Positions 9,438-19,228 of a stretch of 64,000 bases of DNA are shown piece after piece. The notes under the pieces were generated by a model that saw only the letters and a list, made by a program, of their open reading frames with translations, searched no databases and was not told the origin of the DNA. Position 1 is the first letter of the stretch, and each line of letters opens with the position of its first letter. The stretch comes from Candidatus Hermodarchaeota archaeon (lineage in GTDB: Archaea > Asgardarchaeota > Hermodarchaeia > Hermodarchaeales > Hermodarchaeaceae): assembly GCA_016839805.1 (NCBI GenBank), contig JAEOTO010000003.1, positions 1 through 64,000 of the forward strand, in the 5' to 3' direction. The position numbers and the translations under genes are program-made.

Positions 9438-10265
9438 TCACCTTCGACTCCGGAAAAGTTGGTTAACCGCATCCACGGCTTCAGGAAGCGTTGTAATATC
9501 TGTGGGAAATTGGGGTATGTGTTCAGCGAGCTGATGGGCAAATTGTGTCAATTGGGGAGGTAGTAATCGGGCCCTTTCAAAGATAGTAGGGTTATTGAGA
9601 ATTTGTCGAGGAGATCCGTCTGCGATAAGTTGGCCTTTTGAAAGGATGATGAGCCGGTCAACGGCTCTGATAGCAAACTCCATATCATGAGTGACGAGAA
9701 TTAAAATATGGTCAGGGCTTCGAAATGTTTCCATAAAATCAAGGAGTTTTTGTTTTTGAAGCGCATCTTGAGCTTGTGTTGGTTCATCCAAAATTAAGAT
9801 TTTAGGTTCGACACACAACACCGACGCTAATGCTAATCGCTTGCGTTCTCCACCACTTAACAAAAAAGGTGATTGGTCCTCATAGCGAGTGAGTTCAAAC
9901 AGTTCCAGATAGTGAGCCACTCGCTTCTCAATTTCGGCTTTTGAAAAATCTAGGTTTCGGAGCGCGAATGCAATCTCCGCTTGAAGTGTATCAGCGAAAA
10001 GTTGATGATCGGCATTTTGGAACACGAATCCGACTTGTCGTGCAAGCTGAGCTGTGGAGATTTCCCGTGTATCGACACCATCAACAAAGACTGCACCCTG
10101 GGTTGGCTTCAATAAACCGTTAATATGCTTAACTAGGGTGGTTTTTCCTGCTCCATTTTCTCCCATTAGTCCAATAATTTGACCGGGTTTTAATTGCAGG
10201 CAAAGATTTCGCAGAACGTACTGGTCAGGGTTATAACTGAACCAAACGTCATCAAAGATGATCAT
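9438..10265 (-). CDS. ecfA2: ECF transporter ATPase
   Basis: GENGAGKTT, FQNADHQ, LSGGE, ILDEPT. Confidence 0.92.
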   Translation of the reverse strand: MIIFDDVWFSYNPDQYVLRNLCLQLKPGQIIGLMGENGAGKTTLVKHINGLLKPTQGAVFVDGVDTREISTAQLARQVGFVFQNADHQLFADTLQAEIAFALRNLDFSKAEIEKRVAHYLELFELTRYEDQSPFLLSGGERKRLALASVLCVEPKILILDEPTQAQDALQKQKLLDFMETFRSPDHILILVTHDMEFAIRAVDRLIILSKGQLIADGSPRQILNNPTIFERARLLPPQLTQFAHQLAEHIPQFPTDITTLPEAVDAVNQLFRSRR

Positions 10266-11101
10266 CGTTTTATCTCCTGCAGAATTAATTTGATGGCTTG
10301 TCCGACTGAAAGAGGTGTGTGAGATGCAAGTTTGGGGTGATTTACTTGTTTTATGAGTTGAACTACATTAGGAACAGCGACACCAATTTTTGCCACTTCA
10401 GGATCAGTTACAACCTGGTTGGGAGGGCCCTTCCGAACCAAGCGTCCATTAGCTAACACTATGAGCTCTTGGATATGAGGCAAGACAAGTTCTAGACGAT
10501 GTTCAATTAACAAAACGGTTAATTGCATATCCCGGTTCAGCTGTGAAAGAAGTTGTAAAATCTCATAGGCTGAAAGGGGATCAAGATTCGCAGTAGGTTC
10601 ATCTAACACAAGGATGTCTGGTTCCAATGCCAGGACTGCGGCAATTGCGACCCGTTGTTGTTCGCCGCCTGAAAGCTCATAGGGGGCTTTATCGCGGAGC
10701 TCTTCAAGACGAATTTGTTGAATTAGTGTTTCAACCCTGTGACGAATTTGATCTCGGGGAACCCCAAGGTTTTCTGGTCCAAAGGCCAATTCTCGTTCTA
10801 CGGTGGGAGCGATTAACTGGTTTTCGGGATTCTGAAAAACTAGACCAACTTTTTGCGCGAGTTCATGGGCGTGGTGATCTTGAACCTCTAATCCACATAC
10901 ATTTACTGTGCCTTCTAGTTCACCTGGATGAAAATGCGGGATTAGCCCATTTAGGCACCGTGCCAGGGTTGTTTTGCCACAACCACTGGGGCCAACAAGT
11001 CCAACAAAGGCTCCTTGAGGAATCGAGAGGGAAATCTGATCTAAGACCTTCGCAGTAGAACCGGAATATGTGAAGGAAAGCTCAGATATTTCAATGCTCA
11101 C
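10262..11101 (-). CDS. ecfA1: ECF transporter ATPase
   Basis: GPSGCGKTT, FQNPENQ, LSGGEQQR, LDEPT. Confidence 0.92.
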   Translation of the reverse strand: MSIEISELSFTYSGSTAKVLDQISLSIPQGAFVGLVGPSGCGKTTLARCLNGLIPHFHPGELEGTVNVCGLEVQDHHAHELAQKVGLVFQNPENQLIAPTVERELAFGPENLGVPRDQIRHRVETLIQQIRLEELRDKAPYELSGGEQQRVAIAAVLALEPDILVLDEPTANLDPLSAYEILQLLSQLNRDMQLTVLLIEHRLELVLPHIQELIVLANGRLVRKGPPNQVVTDPEVAKIGVAVPNVVQLIKQVNHPKLASHTPLSVGQAIKLILQEIKR

Positions 11102-11137
11102 GCTATGTCACCCTTCGACACCGGAACCCAAGACCGG

Positions 11138-12145
11138 TTAGGTTGTGTCATGATGCGCCTTTAGAGTTTTCCGGAGTAATTGCAGAGCTAGGCCCAGAGC
11201 ATGGTCGCTTGACGCTGGACCATTGGCACCTGCAGCGGAGGGATGCCCTCCACCAGCTCCTCCAATCAATTCACCTAAGGGCTCCATTACATCCTTAGCT
11301 AAATCAAGACCCCTTTCACGGACCACATCTGTGGTTGCACGTGCACTTAACCGTACTTCATCTTTTTTCGCAGCCACTGCAAGCGCTATATCCGCACCCA
11401 ACCCAATAAGAGCACGACACGCACTGGCCTCATATGTTCGAATTACTGTTGCAGCAATGATCAGGTCAAATTCATCGTAAACAACTGCCCGTTTTGCCGC
11501 TTTGAGTCGAGCAATTCGCTCAGATTTATCCAAGGGTGTTGATAGAAGCTTCAAGACCTGGTCATAGACTGCTCCATATTTGAGTAAAGATACAAAGTGT
11601 TCAAAGGTATTATTCATTGCAATATGAAAATGCCGAGAATCATACACAAGTCCACTCGCCAATAGTGTCGCTTCATCTCTGGGAAGAGTATGTTCACTGG
11701 CCTCCCAAAGTTGTAACACTAGTTCAGCAGTTGAACGGACAGTGTCATCATAAAGAAGAAAGTTTACAAATTTGGGTAGGGTTTTATGTGGCATATGATG
11801 GTCAATGCAAAATGTGACGAGGTTCTTTGAGGGAAGATTAGGTGCTAGATCTCCCATTTGCTCAATATTATTGAGATCAACTAAAACAACGACATTATGC
11901 TGGGGAAGGTCTTTAGCTTCAGCGATGGTAATGTCGAAGACTTGAGCGATATTTTTCGCACTTCGGTTCAGGCTTTCAGCAAATATCTTTGGTTTACTTT
12001 TGCCATGAACCATCAGAAGCTTAGCTAAAGCAGCCGCACTACCAATGGCATCAGGGTCAGCACTTTGATGCAGAATTAGTGCAACTGAATTTGTTACCTT
12101 TTGTAGAAGGGTAGAGAGGAATTGTGAAGGATTAAGCTGTTTCAA
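11138..12145 (-). CDS. DHH/DHHA1 phosphoesterase (NrnA-like nanoRNase)
   Basis: HQSADPDA, IDHH and GGGHPSAAG motifs; conserved position after prefoldin beta. Likely TTG start at 12145. Confidence 0.85.
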   Translation of the reverse strand: MKQLNPSQFLSTLLQKVTNSVALILHQSADPDAIGSAAALAKLLMVHGKSKPKIFAESLNRSAKNIAQVFDITIAEAKDLPQHNVVVLVDLNNIEQMGDLAPNLPSKNLVTFCIDHHMPHKTLPKFVNFLLYDDTVRSTAELVLQLWEASEHTLPRDEATLLASGLVYDSRHFHIAMNNTFEHFVSLLKYGAVYDQVLKLLSTPLDKSERIARLKAAKRAVVYDEFDLIIAATVIRTYEASACRALIGLGADIALAVAAKKDEVRLSARATTDVVRERGLDLAKDVMEPLGELIGGAGGGHPSAAGANGPASSDHALGLALQLLRKTLKAHHDTT

Positions 12146-12197
12146 GTAAGTCCCGCCGACATAAGGTTGCTTTCTCGGGCGGTATAGAGCTGTGTGA

Positions 12198-12563
12198 TTA
12201 GCCAGCGGGAGCTGGTCCCGGCTGACCAAGCATTCCGCGGAGTGTTTCTTGAAGCGAGTCGAACTGTTTTCGTAATTGGCCTTCTTGCTTTTCCAGTGAT
12301 TTTACGCGAACCCCAAGCGATTCACTTTGCTCACTTAGAGCCTTTGTGGCCTTTTGCTTGGTCGTTTTAAAGAGCAATGGTCCAGAAGCCTGATAGATTA
12401 CGCTCTTCGCGGCAAGGCCCTTAACTTGTTCAAGTGCGTTATTAGTTTCAGCTAATTGTTGCTTAACTTGGACGAGAAGGGCAGTTACATATTGTAGACT
12501 ATCTCGTGTTTGCTGAACTCGAACGAGTTGCTGGCGGACACGAGGGGGAAGCTCTTCACCCAT
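12198..12563 (-). CDS. pfdB: Prefoldin beta subunit
   Basis: ELPPRVRQQL, coiled coils, IYQASGPLL; synteny. Confidence 0.9.
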   Translation of the reverse strand: MGEELPPRVRQQLVRVQQTRDSLQYVTALLVQVKQQLAETNNALEQVKGLAAKSVIYQASGPLLFKTTKQKATKALSEQSESLGVRVKSLEKQEGQLRKQFDSLQETLRGMLGQPGPAPAG

Positions 12564-12855
12564 TTTTTTTCACCATGAATTGGTGTACACCATCAGCCAC
12601 GGTATACAAACGCATGAGCGATGTAGCGGCGGCGCGAAGGGCCGTAACGTCTGTGGCAGCGAGGTGAAACACGATTTGATTCTGATTAGAGTTAACCAAA
12701 AGCCTAACTCTTTTTGAATCTATCGACGCGAATTCTGGTTCCAGTGCGGCGAGTAATGTACCAAGGGTTCGAGGTGATTCGGTATCCAGTGTAATCGTTA
12801 GAGTGAAAGGACGGTGTAGTTTGGTGTCTGAGGAAAGGTCAGTTGGTGTTACCAT
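12556..12855 (-). CDS. pcc1: KEOPS subunit Pcc1
   Basis: ALEPE...ATDVTALRAAATSLMRL; synteny. Confidence 0.85.
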   Translation of the reverse strand: MVTPTDLSSDTKLHRPFTLTITLDTESPRTLGTLLAALEPEFASIDSKRVRLLVNSNQNQIVFHLAATDVTALRAAATSLMRLYTVADGVHQFMVKKNG

Positions 12856-13409
12856 CGCTTTTGATCCCCCATGGATCGTGTCAAGAAATGTTTTATTGCT
12901 AGTGATGGTCCCAGTGGTTGTTTCTCATCAGGAGACAAAAAATCTATCGATTTGAATCGAACATAACTAATACGTAATATGGCAAAATTACCTTTCAAAT
13001 CGAGGAGGCTTTCACGGTTTGTTAATGGTACTTCTAAGGCATGGGCTAACATTTCCGCTTTACCCTTATCACGTGAATTAGTTGGAACTACATACAATTT
13101 TTTGATTTTCCGAGGTGGCTCAATGTGATATTCTCTGAGTAAGCGTGTTGATTTGATGATAATGGTAGGGGGTTGAAACTCCCAGCTTTCACCCGTAAAT
13201 CGTAAGAAACCTAAGCGACCTGGGTTGCCATGAAAGGCACCTACCAGAAGAATTCGTGTCGCTCCGAGGTCTTGTGCCGTCTCACAAAATTCTTCAAAAC
13301 CCTGTTTTCCGCGTGTTAGACGGGTTGAGTTAGGAAGAACCCGATTCAGTTCCTTAATGAAGCTTCGGATTCGTTGTGTGGGTTTGCGAGTAGTCCCGAT
13401 GATGATCAC
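12849..13409 (-). CDS. Brix/Imp4-domain ribosome biogenesis protein
   Basis: [16 protein letters not shown]...RGK...GNPG. Confidence 0.9.
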   Translation of the reverse strand: MIIIGTTRKPTQRIRSFIKELNRVLPNSTRLTRGKQGFEEFCETAQDLGATRILLVGAFHGNPGRLGFLRFTGESWEFQPPTIIIKSTRLLREYHIEPPRKIKKLYVVPTNSRDKGKAEMLAHALEVPLTNRESLLDLKGNFAILRISYVRFKSIDFLSPDEKQPLGPSLAIKHFLTRSMGDQKRW

Positions 13410-13681
13410 GATGTTCGCCGACCGGCAGACCGTTCACGGAATGACCGCAAGATTTTTTGTGCATCTGTAACGGGAATCCAAGCTCCACCAGTGAAGGTAT
13501 GCCCACACTTTCGACAACTCCAGATACCCGTAGATATTCGGCGAACTGCCTTAGTTTGACAACTGGGGCATTTATGGAGGGCTTTCATGTTAGCTTCGAT
13601 TTTTGCTACGCGTTGGCGGAGAGTGGACCCGTAACGGGCACCAAACCGCCCAGCGCGTCCAGCTTTCTTTGTACGTCCCAT
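13406..13681 (-). CDS. rpl37ae: 50S ribosomal protein L37Ae (eL43)
   Basis: [20 protein letters not shown]. Confidence 0.97.
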   Translation of the reverse strand: MGRTKKAGRAGRFGARYGSTLRQRVAKIEANMKALHKCPSCQTKAVRRISTGIWSCRKCGHTFTGGAWIPVTDAQKILRSFRERSAGRRTS

Positions 13682-13689
13682 GGAATTAC

Positions 13690-14484
13690 TCACCTTTGGG
13701 GAAGCTGTTTACGCATCTTTTTAACAATTTTGCTCGCTCGCTCAACGGACTCGATGACTTCTTGATATGTGAATGGAACCGATCCTTGTTTTTGCATCGA
13801 AGAGATTGTATCATCACCATCAATGGCAATTGAAAGGCGTCCATCCATGACTTGTTCTTCTTCTAATGAGGGATCCATAATGAGAGTATCATCAATCTTG
13901 GCAAAAGTGATTGTAAGGGGTGGAGCGCTCATTTTGAATGGAAAGGTTTCTTCTAAGATTTCAGCTGTTCCTTCCTCTGTGATGTTGACTTTGGGTACCT
14001 GAGTGTTCATTAACGCCGTAATTGCTGCTAATGAAGCAGTATCGATGAGATTCCCATGGTCAGCAAGGACATATAGGTCTACCAGAACCATGTATACATG
14101 TTCTCCAGATTTGATGCACAATGATGTTCGATTAATTGAGCTAGAGTGACGAATGCCTCGATCAACCACACGAGCTAGTTCAATTGCTTCTTCCTTGGGT
14201 GGTCCTAATTCAAATACGGGTGAGGCTATTGGTGATAACTCAGCTGAGGTAATAACTACGCCCTCATCAGGAGTATCCGGAAACGGTGTTCCAACCTGGA
14301 TTTTCACTCCTGCAAGTACCCGACTTTGACCTAACCACGCCTCACTAGAACCCTCAGCTTTGGATATAAGTCCCTGATTAATAGTAATTGGACGGATTTC
14401 ATCAAACCCTCTACCGTCAATTCGTTTGCCTTCCCGAAGTAAAGCTGTTATCCGTTCACGATCAATTTCTGCAACAACATCCAT
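13690..14484 (-). CDS. rrp42: Exosome subunit Rrp42
   Basis: [27 protein letters not shown]. Confidence 0.95.
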   Translation of the reverse strand: MDVVAEIDRERITALLREGKRIDGRGFDEIRPITINQGLISKAEGSSEAWLGQSRVLAGVKIQVGTPFPDTPDEGVVITSAELSPIASPVFELGPPKEEAIELARVVDRGIRHSSSINRTSLCIKSGEHVYMVLVDLYVLADHGNLIDTASLAAITALMNTQVPKVNITEEGTAEILEETFPFKMSAPPLTITFAKIDDTLIMDPSLEEEQVMDGRLSIAIDGDDTISSMQKQGSVPFTYQEVIESVERASKIVKKMRKQLPQR

Positions 14485-14508
14485 TTTGTATTTCACTCCT
14501 TTGATTTT

Positions 14509-15441
14509 CTAGCTTGATTCACTTTCCGTTTTTTTCTTCGTCTTTTTTTCTTTCTTTGCAGGTTTCGTTTCATCTTCCTTTTTTTCTGCCTTAACCGGTT
14601 TTGTGCGTTTCTTTGTCGCTTTCGGCTTTTCTGCCTCATCTTTCTCTATTTCTGGCTTCTGAGCAGCTAAAACTTCTGCTTCCTCTTCAGGAACTTCACC
14701 GATTTCTTTACGGATTTGGGCATATTTTTCGAGGAGAACGGCTTTTTGCATTTCATGAATCCGATGGATACCATCTTCAGACATTTGCAGGATTTTAGCC
14801 AATTCTTTCTGCGTTAGTTTGCCATCCATCTGGAGGAGGGTGATTTCACCACGTTCGGGACACATTACTACCGGAACATCAGCTTCACCAATTTTATCCT
14901 CGATATCATTCATATCCATAGCAATTTTGCCATCAATCTTGCCAGAGGCACAACCTGCAACGAGTCCACGCATTGGAATACCAGCATCAGCCAGTGCAAG
15001 CGCTGCAACAGTAGCGCTGGCACATCGTGATCCACCATCAGCCTCGAGCACCTGAATAAACACATCAATCGCTGCCCGTGGATACATCTTAAGAAAGAGC
15101 ATCGGTTCAAGGGCTTGACGAAGAACCATAGAGATTTCGTGTTCACGGCGACTCGGAGCGGGACGTTTACGGTCTGATACTGAAAATGTTGCCATCCGGT
15201 AATTTACACGAAGCAATGCCTGATCAGACTGTGCAAGGTGACGAGGATGTAGTTCTCGTGGACCGTACACGGCGGCAACGATCTTATTTCGTCCATGTTC
15301 AATATAGGCAGATCCATCTGCTCGGCTAAGGTTTCCGACTTCTAAGCGGATAGGACGGAGTTCATCTAACTTACGACCGTCCGTTCTAAGACCCTTGGCA
15401 TCGATTAATGGTTGTTCTACTTCAGTATTTTTTCCACTCAT
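14509..15441 (-). CDS. rrp41: Exosome subunit Rrp41 with Lys/Glu-rich C-terminal tail
   Basis: RTDGRKLDELRP, ADGSAY, YGPRE, ADGGSR. Confidence 0.96.
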   Translation of the reverse strand: MSGKNTEVEQPLIDAKGLRTDGRKLDELRPIRLEVGNLSRADGSAYIEHGRNKIVAAVYGPRELHPRHLAQSDQALLRVNYRMATFSVSDRKRPAPSRREHEISMVLRQALEPMLFLKMYPRAAIDVFIQVLEADGGSRCASATVAALALADAGIPMRGLVAGCASGKIDGKIAMDMNDIEDKIGEADVPVVMCPERGEITLLQMDGKLTQKELAKILQMSEDGIHRIHEMQKAVLLEKYAQIRKEIGEVPEEEAEVLAAQKPEIEKDEAEKPKATKKRTKPVKAEKKEDETKPAKKEKKTKKKTESESS

Positions 15442-16145
15442 TCTTTTTCACCTTTTGATTCTGAAAGCTTTTCACTAATGGTTTCCCGAATGCGATCAGT
15501 CAATCCACCGGTATGGGCTTCGCGTTCAATTTGGCGAATAGCATCCATAGCAATGGCTACGCGATCAGGATTCCCTTTCAACCATACCACCCCATTTTGG
15601 CCTACAACGATGTCTGTTTGAAGTTCTGACTTGAGCATGTTAATCATAGAACCTTTTCGACCAATCAGGCGGGGAACTCGGGTGGGCGTGATTTTCATGA
15701 GTACTCCGCCACGGATTTTTCCAAGTCCACGACCACGCGTTGTAATTAGGGGATCCCGTGTTCGATCTGCAGCTATAATTTCGGCTACAACAGTCTCGCC
15801 GATATCATACCATCGTCGGAGATTTTCCTTCGCACGCGTCGCATCACGACGAGAAAGAGCATGCATGACTGGGAGCATAGCCGGATAAGGACTTTGAATA
15901 TCGACTAACCAGCCATTGAGAGTGATTTCAATGATTTTTCCAATGACGATATCACGAGCTTTGGGGATGTATTGTCCTTGTAGGGGAACCACATAGATGG
16001 TTTTGCCCTTCATTTTTACCAAGCCAATGACAGCTGCGAATACCTTTTCGTGCTCCTTGAAGGCACCATCGCCATGACGGTAGTCTCCTTCAGCGAGGAG
16101 TTGCCCTGGAACCACGATATCTTGTTGTTCAAAATGTAGAGACAT
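15438..16145 (-). CDS. rrp4: Exosome RNA-binding subunit Rrp4
   Basis: VVPGQLL, YIPK, S1 + KH (VPRLIGRKGSM), GQNG. Confidence 0.95.
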   Translation of the reverse strand: MSLHFEQQDIVVPGQLLAEGDYRHGDGAFKEHEKVFAAVIGLVKMKGKTIYVVPLQGQYIPKARDIVIGKIIEITLNGWLVDIQSPYPAMLPVMHALSRRDATRAKENLRRWYDIGETVVAEIIAADRTRDPLITTRGRGLGKIRGGVLMKITPTRVPRLIGRKGSMINMLKSELQTDIVVGQNGVVWLKGNPDRVAIAMDAIRQIEREAHTGGLTDRIRETISEKLSESKGEKE

Positions 16146-16160
16146 AGTAGTGTAAACCTC

Positions 16161-16913
16161 CTAGAGAGCCTCTTTTTTGAGAATTTTTATTTCTGCACGT
16201 CCTCTGGTCAAGTTATTTAATCCATCGATAAGTTCTCCACGTAACCCACCGGGAACTTCGACGATGGCAATCCAGGATCCATCTTTTTGCCATTCATCTT
16301 TTGCGATATGTCCTACCCGTTCGACAATACCATATGCTTTAGGAGCAAAGTCTGGTGGAATTTTTATTGCAAGCTGTTGAACTTCCATTCGAATTGGAAT
16401 GATTGGTTGCAATGCCTTCACGATATCTCTAGTTTGCTCTTCGGCTGTACGGGTAGAATCAATTATAACGTTCACTTCTTGCATCGCGGATTCGATTCGC
16501 GTTGGAGGATGAGGAAGGCCCGTTTTTGGATTGATACAGTTACGGACAATGATATCAATGACTTGTTTTCGTCGTTTCTCCACCATTTCTTGTCGCTGTT
16601 CGGTTGTTAATTGAAGTGCTCCTTTTTCTAAAATTTGTCGCGCTACTTCTAATTCATCAGTAGTTCCAAAGACGTCTAGAAGAGCTTCATCGGGTGCCTT
16701 TTTACTTCGAAGTGCATCTTCAAAGATTGCTTCACCTCGAAGTATCTCGCGAAGTTCAACTTCCTCTCCTTGTTTAAAACTCCACGCAAGTTTGGGATCT
16801 ACAATTACTTCGAAGCGCTTCCCACGAATTTCCAATCTGGCTAGTACCGCATCACCCAAGTCGACGCGTTTATCACCGCGCATTCCACCTGTCCCAGACA
16901 TACCAATCACCAT
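16161..16913 (-). CDS. Ribosome maturation factor SBDS/Sdo1
   Basis: GKRFEV, FGTTD, QLTTEQR, INPKTGLPHPPTRI. Confidence 0.95.
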   Translation of the reverse strand: MVIGMSGTGGMRGDKRVDLGDAVLARLEIRGKRFEVIVDPKLAWSFKQGEEVELREILRGEAIFEDALRSKKAPDEALLDVFGTTDELEVARQILEKGALQLTTEQRQEMVEKRRKQVIDIIVRNCINPKTGLPHPPTRIESAMQEVNVIIDSTRTAEEQTRDIVKALQPIIPIRMEVQQLAIKIPPDFAPKAYGIVERVGHIAKDEWQKDGSWIAIVEVPGGLRGELIDGLNNLTRGRAEIKILKKEAL

Positions 16914-16919
16914 TCCATT

Positions 16920-17648
16920 TCATTGGGCTGCCTCAAAAAGGGCTTGAACTAACTTCGCATCTAGTTTAACGAATTTCTTGTCAGTTGTCATGACTTTTGC
17001 AGCAACAAAAGCTTCTGCTTGTATGGATGTATCAACTGTTTCTTTGTAGATTCGAATGGCCAGTTTTAAGGCGTCGTCAACAGTCAATGTTGGACTGTAT
17101 TCACGCTCTAACAGGGTATTCATTTGATCAGATCTAATACCAATCGCAAAAGCCTTGTAACTCCAAAAGGCTCCGATAGGGGTAGTCATATAGAGTTGGG
17201 GATTTGAATCCACGCCGACGAGTAGCATGGAAACTCCGTACGGTCGCGTTCCCCCTTGCTGTGTATAAGATTGAATATGGTCACTAATTTTCTTACTGAG
17301 AAGCTTGACCGGAATTGGCTCACCAAAGGTAAGTTGATGGATTTGGGCTAGCTCCCGAGCGTTGTGAACAAGAATCCGTGCATCCCCGGATAGTCCAGAA
17401 ATCGCGGTACCAATTGAATCATCAATTTGAAAGATTTTGTCATTATGATAAGGTTCTTGAAGAGTATGTTTCCGAAGCGCGGCAGTCAAGATAACTCCAT
17501 TGGAGGCCCGGATTCCAATAACCGGAGTTCCCTTTCGAACCGCTTCAAAGGCGTATTCAACCTGGAATAGGCGTCCATCAGGACTAAATGTCGTCAGGGC
17601 AATATCGTAACTCTGTGCTTTGTCAAACAACGAGGGTTCCTCCATCAA
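16920..17648 (-). CDS. psmA: 20S proteasome alpha subunit
   Basis: YD...TFSPDGRLFQVEYA, RPYGVS. Confidence 0.95.
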   Translation of the reverse strand: MMEEPSLFDKAQSYDIALTTFSPDGRLFQVEYAFEAVRKGTPVIGIRASNGVILTAALRKHTLQEPYHNDKIFQIDDSIGTAISGLSGDARILVHNARELAQIHQLTFGEPIPVKLLSKKISDHIQSYTQQGGTRPYGVSMLLVGVDSNPQLYMTTPIGAFWSYKAFAIGIRSDQMNTLLEREYSPTLTVDDALKLAIRIYKETVDTSIQAEAFVAAKVMTTDKKFVKLDAKLVQALFEAAQ

Positions 17649-17781
17649 CGGCTAATAAGAAGGAAGTGAGTGTTAGCCCTCTGAGGTTCATGTTATTTCG
17701 TATTGGTTTGCCGATTAGGGCTAGCGCCTTTAAAATCTTGTTATTGAAAGACACCCATTACTGAGGGGATTCGGGTGACAT

Positions 17782-18162
17782 CTAACTCTGAGATACGTGT
17801 ATGTAGTAGATGACACCAATGCATAAGAGACCGGTTAAAAGTGCAGCAAGCCATCCAAAGCCAATAAAGCCAATGACTATGATGATTATCCAGAGGATGA
17901 CCACTTCAAACCAGCCAGCCGTTTCTCCATACCATTCGCGAAGATTTCCGAAAAAGACGATTAAGCCAATATACATTAAGGTTAGAAGTAGAATGGCCAA
18001 CACTCCTGTTACTACAGGTCCAAGGAGATCGAGAAAGGGTCCAACTGATCCAAAGCGCGTTGCCATAAGTGCAATTAGAATACTAAAGAAGATGATAGCA
18101 ATGATGCTGATGAGCATCGTCCGCTGCATAAATTGCTTATCACGAGATTTATCCTTAGACAT
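17782..18162 (-). CDS. Hypothetical membrane protein (about 3-4 TM)
   Basis: Long hydrophobic segments. Likely ATG at 18162 (ORF track start 18207). Confidence 0.7.
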   Translation of the reverse strand: MSKDKSRDKQFMQRTMLISIIAIIFFSILIALMATRFGSVGPFLDLLGPVVTGVLAILLLTLMYIGLIVFFGNLREWYGETAGWFEVVILWIIIIVIGFIGFGWLAALLTGLLCIGVIYYIHVSQS

Positions 18163-18247
18163 TGCCAATCGCAGCCTCAGTGTCGGGCTTAGAATGCGAA
18201 GACTCAAAAGGTGAGATGCTTTTAAGTCTTTGGCTGTGGAATGCTGA

Positions 18248-18694
18248 ATGGCGATTCCCCGTATCGCTCAAATTCAATTAACGTCCTCGCATCGACGTCA
18301 ATTATATGGAATTCGCCGTCGTGCGCTTCCCCATGAAGGCTGTGCATTACTTCTTGGAAGATATATCGAAAAGGGGTTAATTGCTCGAGTAGTCCGGATT
18401 GCAGAGGCAGAAAATATCGCCAGGTCTATCTCTTCTTTTGAAATTGATCCCGAACACCAATATTGCATACTCATGGCTGCAGCAAAAGAGGGATTAGAGC
18501 AAGTGGGTATTTACCATTCTCATCCTGCCCCACCAACTCCGTCGGCTAGTGACCTTGAGTTCATGGAATTCAATCCCTGTGTCTGGGTTATTGATGGAAT
18601 TCAGAAAGAACGGTTTCGAATGAAAGCCTATCAATTATGGCAAGGGTTTCTCAAATCAGTGGGAATCCAATCTATATCATCTAAAGGTAGATGA
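18248..18694 (+). CDS. JAMM/MPN+ metallo-isopeptidase (desampylase/deubiquitinase-like)
   Basis: E-x-C..LLG and YHSHP....PS..D JAMM motif. Confidence 0.9.
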   Translation: MAIPRIAQIQLTSSHRRQLYGIRRRALPHEGCALLLGRYIEKGLIARVVRIAEAENIARSISSFEIDPEHQYCILMAAAKEGLEQVGIYHSHPAPPTPSASDLEFMEFNPCVWVIDGIQKERFRMKAYQLWQGFLKSVGIQSISSKGR

Positions 18695-18700
18695 GAAAAG

Positions 18701-18800
18701 GTGGGGGCTCTCGGCTCGTCGCGAGATCGTCATAGCACAAGGCTCAGTATGGAGCGGCGGGGCTTCACTGAACCCCGATAACCATGACGAAGGCGTGAGT
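18701..18800 (-). ncRNA. Candidate structured ncRNA or 3' element (unassigned)
   Basis: GC-rich non-coding stretch. On the minus strand a 9-bp stem TCGTCATGG/CTATGACGA encloses hairpins CGGGG..CCCCG and GCTC..GAGC; a T-rich run follows downstream. Confidence 0.35.
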
Positions 18801-18869
18801 TTTATTTCTTTTGGCACATGTCCTCATCGAATAAGATCGTATTTTTGATAGAAGCCCTGGGTATGAATC

Positions 18870-19226
18870 CTATCGGTGTTTGCGGGGATGTATCACCATA
18901 TGTGGATCAAGGTCGGGAAGTAAGGTGACAGCTTTTCGAATCGTACCACTAATGCCAACTACCTGGAAGACTATGGGAATTGAATTGATACTTCGAATAG
19001 TTGCAAGTGCTGCACGGAGAGGACTAACCTGATCATGTTGGCATCGGAAAATTGCAGTCTGGGAATCAGGATGGTAAGCGATTAACCAAAATCCAATTCG
19101 GCTAACCCCGAGCTCACCATATAACTCTTGAAGCTGTTGCCAGATAGTATTTCGGAGGGCAGATTCCGTTGGAAGTTCATCCTTTGAATGCAACTGAACT
19201 GCTAAGTATCGTCGACGTGTTCGCAT
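18870..19226 (-). CDS. rnp2: RNase P protein Pop5/Rpp14
   Basis: RRRYL...LYGELG...VVGISGTIRKA. Confidence 0.92.
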   Translation of the reverse strand: MRTRRRYLAVQLHSKDELPTESALRNTIWQQLQELYGELGVSRIGFWLIAYHPDSQTAIFRCQHDQVSPLRAALATIRSINSIPIVFQVVGISGTIRKAVTLLPDLDPHMVIHPRKHR

Positions 19227-19228
19227 CT

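Noticed and set aside
18695-18869. RNase P RNA, 5S rRNA or SRP RNA
   Set aside because: Too short for RNase P or SRP RNA and lacks the conserved motifs (e.g. GAGGAAAGUCC for RNase P); no 5S match by eye
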